Virus record (IMG/VR): IMGVR_UViG_3300045988_100154
Coordinates: 1 to 16,267 of that record
Source of the DNA: a virus
DNA: 16,267 bases
Direction: 5' to 3' (one strand)
Numbering within the stretch: the first letter of the stretch is position 1; each line of letters starts with the position of its first letter. The notes under the pieces were generated by a model, which searched no databases, was not told where the DNA came from, and saw only the letters and a program-made list of their open reading frames with translations. Shown one piece after another: positions 5,575 through 14,124 of the stretch. Made by a program: the position numbers and the translations under genes.

Positions 5575-6741
5575 GTGAAACAAAATGTTTCACGTGAAAC
5601 AATGATTTTTTGGAACGATATCAATTGGGAAAAACTTTTTGATGAATATAATGTGAAATTTGAAGCGGTAGACGATAACGGGAAAGCGATTCAATATTAC
5701 AATCCGATTCGGTTGTTTTCAGAGCCGGACGTGGACGGGGATTTCGCTGGCGTAGCAATTACGTGTTCCAACCGTAGCGCCGGAAAGACAAGTGCGTTCG
5801 CCGCGGCAAGCTGTATCTTGCGCAAAGAGTACGGATTGCAGACGGGATGGATTTTCCGGACGAAAGGGGAAATGACGGGAGCGGCGGCAATGTACGAAGA
5901 TATGCTAAGAATGTATCCTAAATTAGGAAGTGTGATTACCTATAAAAATCTGGACAAAAACGGAAATGTTGTGCGGTATTTTCTGGACGGCGTGCCATTC
6001 GGATGCGCGTTTAGTTTTGGAAGTAAGATGGACAGTGTAAAAAAATTGTCTCCGTATTTTCGGGATATCTACTTTTTGTTTTTTGACGAGTTCAGCATGG
6101 AAAGCGGACAATACGTAAAAGGGGAATCTGAAAAACTGCAATCGTTGCTATTGACGATTAGCCGCGGAAACGGAAGTCAGTCCCGATGGTTTAAACTGGT
6201 GATGGCATCCAATAATATTTCGTTGCTCAATCCCTATTTTGTATTTTTCGGCATCCACAAGCGTTATCAGAAAGAAACCAAAATGATGCATGGGAGCGGT
6301 TTTGTGTGTGAATTTACGCACAATGACAGTGCCAGCAAGGCAATGTGGGAGAACACCGCTTTGAAAGCATTCCGCGGCGGCCACTATATGCAAAGCATGA
6401 GTGTTGGAGATCAGATGTTGATTGATGATGCCGTGTTTGTACAAAAGCCGACCGGACGGTCGCGGTATCTGTTCACCATCGAGCATAGTGGAAAAAGTTA
6501 TGGAGTGTATGAGTATTACGAAGAGGGGTACATCTATATTACGCATAACTATAACCCATCGTGTAATTTTGTCGCGGTTTTTCGGGACGGCGACCACACA
6601 CAGAACACGGTTATGTTGGAACACTATGATTACCTGTTCGAAAATCTAGTTGACGCATACCGCAAAGCATTTTTGCGGTTTGACGATCTAGACAGCAAAA
6701 ATATGGCGATTGAGTTACTAGGGATTGATCTTTATAAATAG
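5575..6741 (+). CDS. DNA encapsidation (packaging) ATPase, phi29 gp16-like
   Basis: Walker A is SNRSAGKTS and Walker B is YFLFFDEF. The size (about 380 aa) is typical of the podovirus gp16 family. The start is uncertain: GTG 5575 lies only 3 nt after AAGGAG (5566-5571), and the alternative in-frame ATG at 5602 has no RBS. Confidence 0.85.
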   Translation: MKQNVSRETMIFWNDINWEKLFDEYNVKFEAVDDNGKAIQYYNPIRLFSEPDVDGDFAGVAITCSNRSAGKTSAFAAASCILRKEYGLQTGWIFRTKGEMTGAAAMYEDMLRMYPKLGSVITYKNLDKNGNVVRYFLDGVPFGCAFSFGSKMDSVKKLSPYFRDIYFLFFDEFSMESGQYVKGESEKLQSLLLTISRGNGSQSRWFKLVMASNNISLLNPYFVFFGIHKRYQKETKMMHGSGFVCEFTHNDSASKAMWENTALKAFRGGHYMQSMSVGDQMLIDDAVFVQKPTGRSRYLFTIEHSGKSYGVYEYYEEGYIYITHNYNPSCNFVAVFRDGDHTQNTVMLEHYDYLFENLVDAYRKAFLRFDDLDSKNMAIELLGIDLYK

Positions 6742-6765
6742 TTCGTGGGAGACGGACAAATGTAC

Positions 6766-6794
6766 TTGACATACGGATAAAAAAGATGTATCAT
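6766..6794 (+). promoter_or_regulatory. Strong sigmaA-type promoter upstream of the lysis/structural operon
   Basis: TTGACA at 6766-6771, a 17-nt spacer, and TATCAT at 6789-6794. Confidence 0.65.
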
Positions 6795-6802
6795 GAAAAT
6801 AC

Positions 6803-6880
6803 GGGGAAACCTTTTAAAAGGGGTTGCCACGGTTGAGTAAACCGCCCTGTCCTTGGCAGGTCAAAAGGTTTCCTTGTTTT
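6803..6880 (+). promoter_or_regulatory. Structured promoter-proximal RNA element (attenuator, or possibly a discrete small RNA)
   Basis: An 11-bp closing helix (GGAAACCTTTT 6805-6815 pairing with AAAAGGTTTCC 6863-6873) encloses two hairpins: 6830-6844 (CGGTT/AACCG) and 6846-6860 (CCTGTC/GGCAGG). A TTGTTTT tail follows at 6874-6880. Repeated AAACC and GGTT segments allow alternative pairings. Confidence 0.4.
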
Positions 6881-6905
6881 AATGGACAGGAAGAAAGGAG
6901 CAAAG

Positions 6906-7196
6906 ATGGCAAGTATCGTTTTTAATATGATTGTCGGAATGATGAAAAAAGAAAATGCTTATCTTGCTTATATGGTACGCTATAAAGGGGACGAAAAAGA
7001 CACGCTAATCATTGTCCCTCATGAAAATTACGAGTCTCACATCCGGTATTTGTGGGATTTCTTTTTCATGGATGGCAACGCGTATAACAGTAAATCGCCA
7101 GTCCGCTTCATTCATAATTTTATTATGTGTGATAAATTAAGTGAAATTGAGGACTGGTTAAAATGGCAGGATAAGGAGGTGGACGGATGGATGTAA
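6906..7196 (+). CDS. Hypothetical protein (96 aa)
   Basis: ATG 6906 lies 6 nt after AAAGGAG (6894-6900), so the track start at 6882 is probably too far upstream. I recognise no motifs. Confidence 0.6.
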   Translation: MASIVFNMIVGMMKKENAYLAYMVRYKGDEKDTLIIVPHENYESHIRYLWDFFFMDGNAYNSKSPVRFIHNFIMCDKLSEIEDWLKWQDKEVDGWM

Positions 7197-7414
7197 CAGT
7201 AGCACAGTTAATTACGCAGATGGTTGGAACACTTGGTTTTCCGATCGTTTGTTGTGGCGCACTTTTCTGGGATCGCATCAAAGCAGAAGAAAGAAGAGCA
7301 AAAGAAGCGGAATTACATCGGCAGGAAGTAGCAGAATTGCAGAAAGCAATAGAAGCAAATACACTTGCTATTAATACGTTATGCCAGCACTTAGGAGGTG
7401 AAAAGAATGAGTAA
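7187..7414 (+). CDS. Putative holin (75 aa)
   Basis: An AAGGAGG RBS precedes it. It has one N-terminal hydrophobic helix (LITQMVGTLGFPIVCCGALFW) and then a charged coiled tail. It sits immediately upstream of, and overlaps, the endolysin gene. Confidence 0.5.
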   Translation: MDVTVAQLITQMVGTLGFPIVCCGALFWDRIKAEERRAKEAELHRQEVAELQKAIEANTLAINTLCQHLGGEKNE

Positions 7415-8102
7415 AATCGAAAACGCAGTTGCATGGGCGGAACAGATTGCCGCCGATGATCGGCACGGTTACTCACAGGTACATCGGAACAGTCCCGATT
7501 ATGATTGTTCGAGTTTTGTCGGGACGGCACTTGCAAATGCTGGCTTTCCTGTCAGCATTTACAGCACCACAAGAAATCTCGGCGAACAGTTGGAAAAAGC
7601 TGGTTTTGTGAAAGCTAAGAAACCGTGGAAACGAGGGGACATCCATTTAGCCGCCGGGCATCATGTAACGATGTCGGTTGACGCGTCCCATATTGTCCAC
7701 GCCAGCCAGTCGGAAAACGGCGGGATTGATGGTCAGACGGGAGATCAGACCGGAAAAGAAATCTGTGTACGGTCTTATTACGATCTTCCGTATGAAAATA
7801 CCGTTCACTATCGGTATGCAGGAGCCGTCGACGAAAAGCCGCATAACGTCATTGAAAGTTGCGTCAAGACAGAATCCGCGCGTAGTTTTGACCGGAAAAT
7901 TGCAGGAGCGTATCATACCAATGATCGCTATAATCTGCGTGTTGGCGCAGGAATGAATAAAACTGTCATCTTGACGTTGCCAACCGGAACCAGTGTTAGA
8001 AACTACGGGTATTATACCGGAGAATGGTATCTGGTGAAAGCCGTAGTAAATGGCATCGTCTATACTGGTTACGTAGCAAAAGAGGGTTTAACCCATGGCT
8101 GA
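7407..8102 (+). CDS. Endolysin: Pal/Amidase_5-type (papain-like Cys) peptidoglycan hydrolase with a C-terminal SH3-like wall-binding domain
   Basis: ATG 7407 lies 8 nt after AGGAGG; the track GTG at 7398 sits inside the RBS. The motif GYSQVHRNSPDYDCSSFV plus GDIHLAAGHHV resembles the Dp-1 Pal N-terminal catalytic module. The C-terminus YNLRVGAG...GEWYLVKA...GYV looks SH3b-like. Confidence 0.8.
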   Translation: MSKIENAVAWAEQIAADDRHGYSQVHRNSPDYDCSSFVGTALANAGFPVSIYSTTRNLGEQLEKAGFVKAKKPWKRGDIHLAAGHHVTMSVDASHIVHASQSENGGIDGQTGDQTGKEICVRSYYDLPYENTVHYRYAGAVDEKPHNVIESCVKTESARSFDRKIAGAYHTNDRYNLRVGAGMNKTVILTLPTGTSVRNYGYYTGEWYLVKAVVNGIVYTGYVAKEGLTHG

Positions 8103-9150
8103 TCTGACGCTTGCTTACAATACCTGTATCGAGATTTGTAACAATCCAAACGTTGGATATTCCCAAACGTATCGTGAGGGTCAGACCGTAGGAGGTATTA
8201 CCTACTATGATTGTTCCTCTCTCATGAGTTACTGTTGTACGGTCGGCGGGTTTTTAGCATCTAACCCGTGGTTTACGACTCGTAGCATGGACGGATATTT
8301 GATCGGTGCTGGATTCCAAAAAGGTACAGCCAATCAGCCATGGAAAAAAGGTGATATCTTATGGAGGAGCGGTCACACCGAAATGGTTTACAATCCCGCT
8401 GACGGTGGCGGGTATACGATGGGAGCGCACACCGATAGTTACCCGCTGGAAAGACAGGTATCCATTAATACGTTTGTGTCTCCCTATAGCTCGTGGACGT
8501 ATCTTTATCGGTATCCGGTTGAGGTACAAAGCGGTATCAGCCAATATGTCATTTCCGCCATCTGCGGCAACTTTTGGCAGGAATCCACCGTAAATCCTGG
8601 ATTATGGGAGGGAACGATTGTCGGTTCACCCGGTTATGGTTTGGGTCAGTGGACAGATAATTCCTCTACCGACCGCCGGACGCGGTTGTTCCAATGGTTA
8701 GATTCCAACGGGTACAGCCGGGAAGATGGTAACGCGCAGTTAGAATATCTGATTTATGAAAATGTCTGGTATTCGGTCGGAGCCGCTAGTGCTTACGAAA
8801 ATCTACAAGCGTTTTTGCACAGTGACAGCACCGATCTGAACGCACTGACTTCCGCCTATATGAAAGGATGGGAGGGAATTAGTGACGATGGAACACTTGC
8901 GTTCCGGCAGGAAAAAGCACATTCGTGTTTCAATTTTATTTCGGAACACGCGAAAGATTCTGCAATTACCGGATGGATTGTTGGGAATCGGTATTTATCT
9001 GATTCCGAACGTTTGAACAACGCGGTGATGGTATATCGGTACTTGGCAAAAGGAGAGCAACCCGAGCCGCCTGAGCCGCCCCATCCCATGAAACCAAAAA
9101 GGCATAAAATGCCTATCTGGTTATATCCCAATTTAAAAAGGAGGTTTTAA
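8095..9150 (+). CDS. Two-domain cell-wall hydrolase, probably virion/tail-associated
   Basis: The N-terminal domain is paralogous to the preceding gene (GYSQTYREG...YYDCSSLM...GDILWRSGHTEMV). The central domain carries the phage tail lysozyme signature CGNFWQESTVNP...GYGLGQWT. The C-terminus is proline-rich (PEPPEPPHP). Confidence 0.7.
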   Translation: MADLTLAYNTCIEICNNPNVGYSQTYREGQTVGGITYYDCSSLMSYCCTVGGFLASNPWFTTRSMDGYLIGAGFQKGTANQPWKKGDILWRSGHTEMVYNPADGGGYTMGAHTDSYPLERQVSINTFVSPYSSWTYLYRYPVEVQSGISQYVISAICGNFWQESTVNPGLWEGTIVGSPGYGLGQWTDNSSTDRRTRLFQWLDSNGYSREDGNAQLEYLIYENVWYSVGAASAYENLQAFLHSDSTDLNALTSAYMKGWEGISDDGTLAFRQEKAHSCFNFISEHAKDSAITGWIVGNRYLSDSERLNNAVMVYRYLAKGEQPEPPEPPHPMKPKRHKMPIWLYPNLKRRF

Positions 9151-9151
9151 A

Positions 9152-9496
9152 ATGACACTAGAAGAGTATTGGACAGAAATTGTAGCAGATATTGGAAACA
9201 TCGAAACGCACGGTGACGCAATCGCCGCCATCAGTGAAAAAATCAAAACAGAAGATACCGACATCGGCGCACTGATGTCCGAACGTGACGCGCTGGTCGC
9301 AGAACGGGACGAACTGAAAGGAAAGTATGATTCCGCGGTGGCAGAAATCAAAAGCCGCTGGTCTGATCTTTCCCACGGCGGAAGTATCACAAAAGTAACC
9401 GAGTTTGGCAGAAACGCGCCGGAATCAGAAGAAACCGCAACAAGTATCAATGATCTTGATATGTCTCAGCTTATTTTAAGCGGAAAAGGAGAGTGA
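9152..9496 (+). CDS. Putative scaffolding protein (114 aa)
   Basis: An AGGAGG RBS precedes it. The protein is acidic with a coiled-coil-like composition. It lies directly upstream of the capsid gene, as phi29 gp7 does. Confidence 0.55.
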   Translation: MTLEEYWTEIVADIGNIETHGDAIAAISEKIKTEDTDIGALMSERDALVAERDELKGKYDSAVAEIKSRWSDLSHGGSITKVTEFGRNAPESEETATSINDLDMSQLILSGKGE

Positions 9497-9501
9497 AAAC
9501 A

Positions 9502-10812
9502 ATGGCAGAAAAATTAGATATGACAAATATTAATATGCTGAACGCCGTTCGGCAGACGATGAGTGTTGACTACCGTGACAGAGTTCCTGTGGCAACGCGA
9601 GAAAATATTGCCGATATTGCGAAAACATTAACCGACCCTTACAACCCGATGGCACGGAACGAACTGGTTCCTGCGCTGGTAAATCTGATTGCCAGCCAGT
9701 CGATCAGTACCGAAGCGTTCAGAAATCCTCTGCGTGTGCTGAACAGTAACGCTATGCCGTATGGAAACGGAGAACAGGAAGTCTACGTAAATTTTGCACA
9801 GGGTTACGCGCACGATGCCAATATCAGCATCGAAGATGCGACCGCCATTTATGACAGCTACATTATGGCGCTGTATCATGTAATCAATTTTAATAACGAT
9901 TATCCGGTAACGATCTGGTTTGAGGATATGCGCGGCGCGTTTCTCGATGATTACGGACTCAGAAGTCTGGTGCAGGCAAAAGTGGAAAGTGTTGTTTCCG
10001 CTTGTAATTGGGATGAGTTCACAACTGCAAAAGAACTGATTGCGTCTGCAAAGCGCGCAGGCCAGATTTACCCGGTTCATGTGGATGCGGTTACAGATCA
10101 AGCATCCGCGAACGCGCTGGCGAAACAAATCCAGTCCTATATTGACAAAATTCAGTTTCCGAACCCGCTGTACAATTTCGCCGGCGCGACATCGGCGGCA
10201 AAAGAAGATACCATTCTTCTGTTTGTCGACCCAGATACCAAAGCCGCGATGAACGTTGACAGTTATGCAAGCGCGTACAATCTCGACCGGATGATTCCGA
10301 AAGCACAGCAGGTTTTAATTGATAACTTTAACGATGCTGAGGGTATCGTGGCTGTACTGGTTGACAAACGGTTCTTCAAAATCCGAGAACAGTACCGCAT
10401 GATGGTACAGGATAATGTAAACCGGGGTCTGAGATGGAACAGTACGTACACTGTGAAAGAGATGTTCTCGTATTCCCTGTTCTATCCGATCATTGTTTTT
10501 ACAACGGAAGACGTTCTTGTTTCTTCCATCAACGCAAGTGACGTTGGACTGGTGAAAGCCGGAACAGATGTGGATTTTGGCGGCAGTTTTTCGGTTACTT
10601 CTACTGGAATAGCCGATAAAGCAATTGACGTAAAAGTAGAGGGTAACTCTTCCTCTGATACGTTTGTTATTCCTGGTACAACCATTCTTCGAATCGCAAA
10701 AGATGAGAAGAATCTTAAACCGAAAGCAAACAAAACAGCAAGCGTGCGGGTTGTGATTACAAGCCGTTTCGAGTCTTCCAAAACGGCAACCATTTACTTT
10801 ACGACAGATTAA
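9502..10812 (+). CDS. Major capsid protein (436 aa) with a C-terminal Ig-like domain
   Basis: ATG 9502 lies 10 nt after GGAG; the track GTG at 9493 abuts the RBS. Its position after the scaffold gene and its size match phi29 gp8. The beta-rich C-terminal ~100 aa (VKAGTDVDF...VKVEGNSS...VVITSRF) look BIG2-like. Confidence 0.7.
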   Translation: MAEKLDMTNINMLNAVRQTMSVDYRDRVPVATRENIADIAKTLTDPYNPMARNELVPALVNLIASQSISTEAFRNPLRVLNSNAMPYGNGEQEVYVNFAQGYAHDANISIEDATAIYDSYIMALYHVINFNNDYPVTIWFEDMRGAFLDDYGLRSLVQAKVESVVSACNWDEFTTAKELIASAKRAGQIYPVHVDAVTDQASANALAKQIQSYIDKIQFPNPLYNFAGATSAAKEDTILLFVDPDTKAAMNVDSYASAYNLDRMIPKAQQVLIDNFNDAEGIVAVLVDKRFFKIREQYRMMVQDNVNRGLRWNSTYTVKEMFSYSLFYPIIVFTTEDVLVSSINASDVGLVKAGTDVDFGGSFSVTSTGIADKAIDVKVEGNSSSDTFVIPGTTILRIAKDEKNLKPKANKTASVRVVITSRFESSKTATIYFTTD

Positions 10813-10828
10813 GTAAGAGGGAGGAAAC

Positions 10829-12394
10829 ATGGATAATTTCATTCCGATGCCGCCGCAGGAAAATGTGGCGGCTGTTTCCCCGCAGACAGAGGTAATTTTA
10901 GCAAGTGGGATTGAATGGGGAAACGATTATGAACACGTAAGATACTACGAAAACGGAAAAGCAGGTTGTCTGGCTCATGTAAGAAAAAAAGCAATTCATA
11001 TTTTTAAGCAATCCGCGCCCGTGAGATGGGGAGAGCTGACGTATAAGGGAAAAGGGAATGAGAGCGAATTTTTAAAGTGCAATTATATTGCGTTTCAGAA
11101 TAAACCTTATACGGAAGAGTGGTATTTCGGATTTGTGACGCGGGTAGAATGGTTGAGTGACGGAAGTTTTAAGATTTATTTTGAGCCAGATCGTTTCCAG
11201 AATAGTTTCTACGATGTGGTGTTACAGCCATGTTATGTAGAGAGGGAACATATCGCAAAAGCAGACGATAAAGTCGGCGCGAATTTAGTACCAGAAAATC
11301 TGGAAACAGGGGATTATATTGTAAATACGTCTGCTGGCATGGGTTTTGGTTTTATGAACTATTGTCTTGTTGCAAGTGCAGATGAGAACGGTGTTGCGCT
11401 TGAACCGGAACTAGATCAAAAAATCATGTCGGGATTGACTTATTTTAACACTATTGATTTTAATGCCATGAAACAGAAAATACAAGCCTATGCGACAAGC
11501 GGAAATGCAGACGCTATTGTAGCTATTTTTCAAGCGCCGCAATTATGCTTTGATGCTTCTGGAAAAGAATTTACAATGATTTTCCCCGAAACACTTGCAG
11601 GATATGCACCAAAAAATAAAAAATTATTTCAATATCCATTTTCTTATCTTCTGGTAGATGCACACGACGGCAGTCAATATATGTATAGACTTGAATACTT
11701 TAAAGACAATAAAATTTCTTTTTATGGGCAAGGGGTAAAGTTAAATATTCCGTCCATTTATATTAGTCCAAAAAATTACAAAAATGAACCTACTGATGAT
11801 ACACCGTATGGATTCGTATACAGTAATTTCCCGTCTTGCGCCTGGACGAATGACGCATATCAAGCGTGGCTTGCACAGTCTCAGCCTATATGGGATTACC
11901 AGACAAAACAGCAGTATATTGACACCGGAAAAAACGTGATCTCAACCATCGCAAATGTATTAAGTGGTAATTTTGGAAAAGCCATTGAAAGTAGCATCGG
12001 GCAAACCGTAAGCAACTTTATGTTCGGCGAAAATATTTCTGCACAGATGGAACAACACGATTTAATTCCGCCGACCGCAAAAGGAAGTGCTACTGGAAGT
12101 TATGTGCAAACGGCGCTTTTTAACAATACCATTGCTCTAAAAACGATGTGTGTAACACCGGAAATGGCGAAAGTGATTGACGATTATTTTACTATGTATG
12201 GGTATGCAACACACAAAATTAAAGTGCCGAATATCACAGGGCGGTCAAGCTGGAATTTTGTGAAAACTGTTAATTGTGGCTTGCATGGAGCGTGCGTCAC
12301 GGATGATATCAATTTTTTGCAGTCAATGTTTAACCGCGGGGTTACGTTCTGGCACACGGATGACGTTGGAAACTATGGTCTTTCCAATAATTAA
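10829..12394 (+). CDS. Tail knob / major tail protein, phi29 gp9-like (521 aa)
   Basis: The N-terminal pattern NDYEHVRYY...CNYIAFQNKPYTEEWYFGFVTRVEWLSDGSFKIYFEPDRFQ matches my recollection of the conserved gp9 N-terminus (SASYIMFQNADYGNKWFYAFVT...). Its position between the capsid and portal genes fits. Confidence 0.7.
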   Translation: MDNFIPMPPQENVAAVSPQTEVILASGIEWGNDYEHVRYYENGKAGCLAHVRKKAIHIFKQSAPVRWGELTYKGKGNESEFLKCNYIAFQNKPYTEEWYFGFVTRVEWLSDGSFKIYFEPDRFQNSFYDVVLQPCYVEREHIAKADDKVGANLVPENLETGDYIVNTSAGMGFGFMNYCLVASADENGVALEPELDQKIMSGLTYFNTIDFNAMKQKIQAYATSGNADAIVAIFQAPQLCFDASGKEFTMIFPETLAGYAPKNKKLFQYPFSYLLVDAHDGSQYMYRLEYFKDNKISFYGQGVKLNIPSIYISPKNYKNEPTDDTPYGFVYSNFPSCAWTNDAYQAWLAQSQPIWDYQTKQQYIDTGKNVISTIANVLSGNFGKAIESSIGQTVSNFMFGENISAQMEQHDLIPPTAKGSATGSYVQTALFNNTIALKTMCVTPEMAKVIDDYFTMYGYATHKIKVPNITGRSSWNFVKTVNCGLHGACVTDDINFLQSMFNRGVTFWHTDDVGNYGLSNN

Positions 12395-12406
12395 GGAGGT
12401 GATGTC

Positions 12407-13366
12407 ATGTATAATAACCCGTATCGGGTGAGTAACAAGGAAGTGTGGGGACACTGGGAAAGCAACCCGAATACGTCACCGGAAGAAAAAATGTATTTCC
12501 GGCACTTTTTTGACAAGTTTGTCAATCTGGCATTATCGCGGTATGAGTATGACGGTTTACCGGATGAGATTCCGCCGCGGATGCTCAACTCCTATCTATT
12601 ATGGCAGGGAATGTGCCTGTTCAAAAAAGAGCCAATCACCGGACTGTATGGTGTTTTCGGCGTGAATCTGGTAGGTGAGCCTGATATTTATGGTATCCCG
12701 ACCGATTGGATTGCGTACGCCATGAATGGACAGTATTATGAACAGACCGACAAGGAAGAAAGCGCGTTGATTTTTGCAAGACCTTTTGCTGTACCGGAAA
12801 TTCTCAGTATTATTCTTCATTCGCAGAGTCTAGCAGAGAAAAAAGCGTCGACAAGGGTAAACGTCATTCAGCAGAGAACGCCAGTTGTTATCAGCGGGGA
12901 TTCTACGCAGAAGTTATCCATTGACAACTTTATTCAAAAGTGGGTAAAAAATATTCCTTTCATCAAAGCAAAAAACGATCTGCGAAAACAGATTCAAATT
13001 GATACGATTGATTTAAAAGTACAGCCAATCTTTAACGAACTTGATACAGCCGCACAGAGAGAAGTAGCAGAATGTCTAGCTGATCTCGGTATCGAAGCAA
13101 GCGGCGTAGAAAAACCGGAACGGCTGGTTTCCGCGGAAACGAGTTACAACGATGGAGAGATCGAGTTGACAAGAAACGGAAATCTGGCTACCATTCAGAG
13201 GGGACTTGATGCGATCAATAAAATGTATGGATTGAATATCCATGTACGTTTTAATTCTAAGATGGTAACACCGATTAATAGACCCGATGTATTTGGCACG
13301 AAAAATGACGAAAACAACAAAATGAAAAACAACGGAAACAACACAACGGAAAGCGAGGTGGAATAA
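12407..13366 (+). CDS. Portal / upper collar connector, phi29 gp10-like (319 aa)
   Basis: Several blocks align by eye to phi29 gp10: LPDEIPPRMLNSYLLWQG with LPPTINPSFLEKSIHQFG, QQRTPVVISGDSTQKLS with AQKTPVLIRANDNNQLS, ERLVSAETSYNDGEIE with ERMVTDEVSSNDEQIE, and INKMYGLNIHVRFN with INELYGLNVKVKFR. Confidence 0.85.
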   Translation: MYNNPYRVSNKEVWGHWESNPNTSPEEKMYFRHFFDKFVNLALSRYEYDGLPDEIPPRMLNSYLLWQGMCLFKKEPITGLYGVFGVNLVGEPDIYGIPTDWIAYAMNGQYYEQTDKEESALIFARPFAVPEILSIILHSQSLAEKKASTRVNVIQQRTPVVISGDSTQKLSIDNFIQKWVKNIPFIKAKNDLRKQIQIDTIDLKVQPIFNELDTAAQREVAECLADLGIEASGVEKPERLVSAETSYNDGEIELTRNGNLATIQRGLDAINKMYGLNIHVRFNSKMVTPINRPDVFGTKNDENNKMKNNGNNTTESEVE

Positions 13367-14124
13367 TGTTTCTTGGCTATAACTACGAAACAAAAACGTT
13401 GACGAATACCATTGAACAGTTGGTTATTTCCGATCATGTAATTTCCCCACTTGAAAATCAAACCATTGATAATATGATCGAAGCCGCCGTTCCTTTAATC
13501 TTCAATTTTGACTTTCCGTTTTATGTCGATGCATCCGCTCCCGAATATGCAACCGCAAAACTTACGTTCGAAAAAACATTCTGTTTACAGTATTTTCGGG
13601 AACAGATCGGGTTAGAAACTATCGGAGAATTTCAGTATCATCTAAAAAAGATTCTTACGGTCAATATGCCGTACTATGAACAGTTGTACCGGAGTATTAC
13701 TTTTGAGTATAACCCGCTGATTACTCATAAGAGTACGCGGAAAGTACAGAGTACAAAAGACGATACGCGAACAGGTGTGATCGCGGGAGACAGCACAGCG
13801 AAAAACACAACGACAGCCGATACAAATAACAATACCCAAAATATCCATTCCGACAACCCGCAGATTAATTTTGCCGGAACGAATTATGCGTCTACAATGG
13901 ATAGGGGACAAAATACCATCCATAACAGTGCGGTAAGCAATGGAGAGAATACAACAAAAACCAACAGCAATGACACGTATCATGCAGATAATAATGATAC
14001 GATTGAAGATGAGGGTTTTGACGGTAGTTACTCATTAGAAGTACAGAGATTCCGCGATACCATCCTTAATCTTAACAAGCGTATCTGTGACGATTGCAGA
14101 GAACTGTTCTATCAATTTTATTAA
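13366..14124 (+). CDS. Putative lower collar protein (gp11 position, 252 aa)
   Basis: Its start overlaps the portal stop as TAATG. Size and position correspond to the phi29 lower collar gene. The middle is rich in Asn and Thr. I recognise no direct motif. Confidence 0.5.
   Translation: MFLGYNYETKTLTNTIEQLVISDHVISPLENQTIDNMIEAAVPLIFNFDFPFYVDASAPEYATAKLTFEKTFCLQYFREQIGLETIGEFQYHLKKILTVNMPYYEQLYRSITFEYNPLITHKSTRKVQSTKDDTRTGVIAGDSTAKNTTTADTNNNTQNIHSDNPQINFAGTNYASTMDRGQNTIHNSAVSNGENTTKTNSNDTYHADNNDTIEDEGFDGSYSLEVQRFRDTILNLNKRICDDCRELFYQFY

Noticed and set aside
5327-5624. ORF-track frames inside the non-coding gap: 5342-5578 (+), 5327-5602 (-) and 5427-5624 (-).
   Set aside because: None has an RBS. 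They run straight through the terminator hairpin and the tandem repeats. Their translations are low-complexity and rich in Arg, Ser and Cys, which is typical of GC-rich non-coding sequence. The + frame starts at TTG.
6148-6624. Antisense or alternate-frame ORFs nested in real genes. The long antisense ones are 6148-6624 (-), 7123-7536 (-), 9628-10128 (-) and 10315-10842 (-). Shorter ones include 1629-1925 (-), 3816-4103 (+) and 13642-13983 (-).
   Set aside because: Each lies fully inside a well-supported + strand gene with recognisable motifs. They lack RBSs and have skewed composition. They are shadow frames.
6805-6873. Possible tRNA, since the element is a 69-nt cloverleaf-sized fold with a terminal helix.
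   Set aside because: No T-arm can be formed next to the 3' strand of the terminal helix (TCCTT against CAAAA does not pair). There is no GTTC-type T-loop and no D-loop signature, and the length is too short. I kept it as a generic structured RNA instead.
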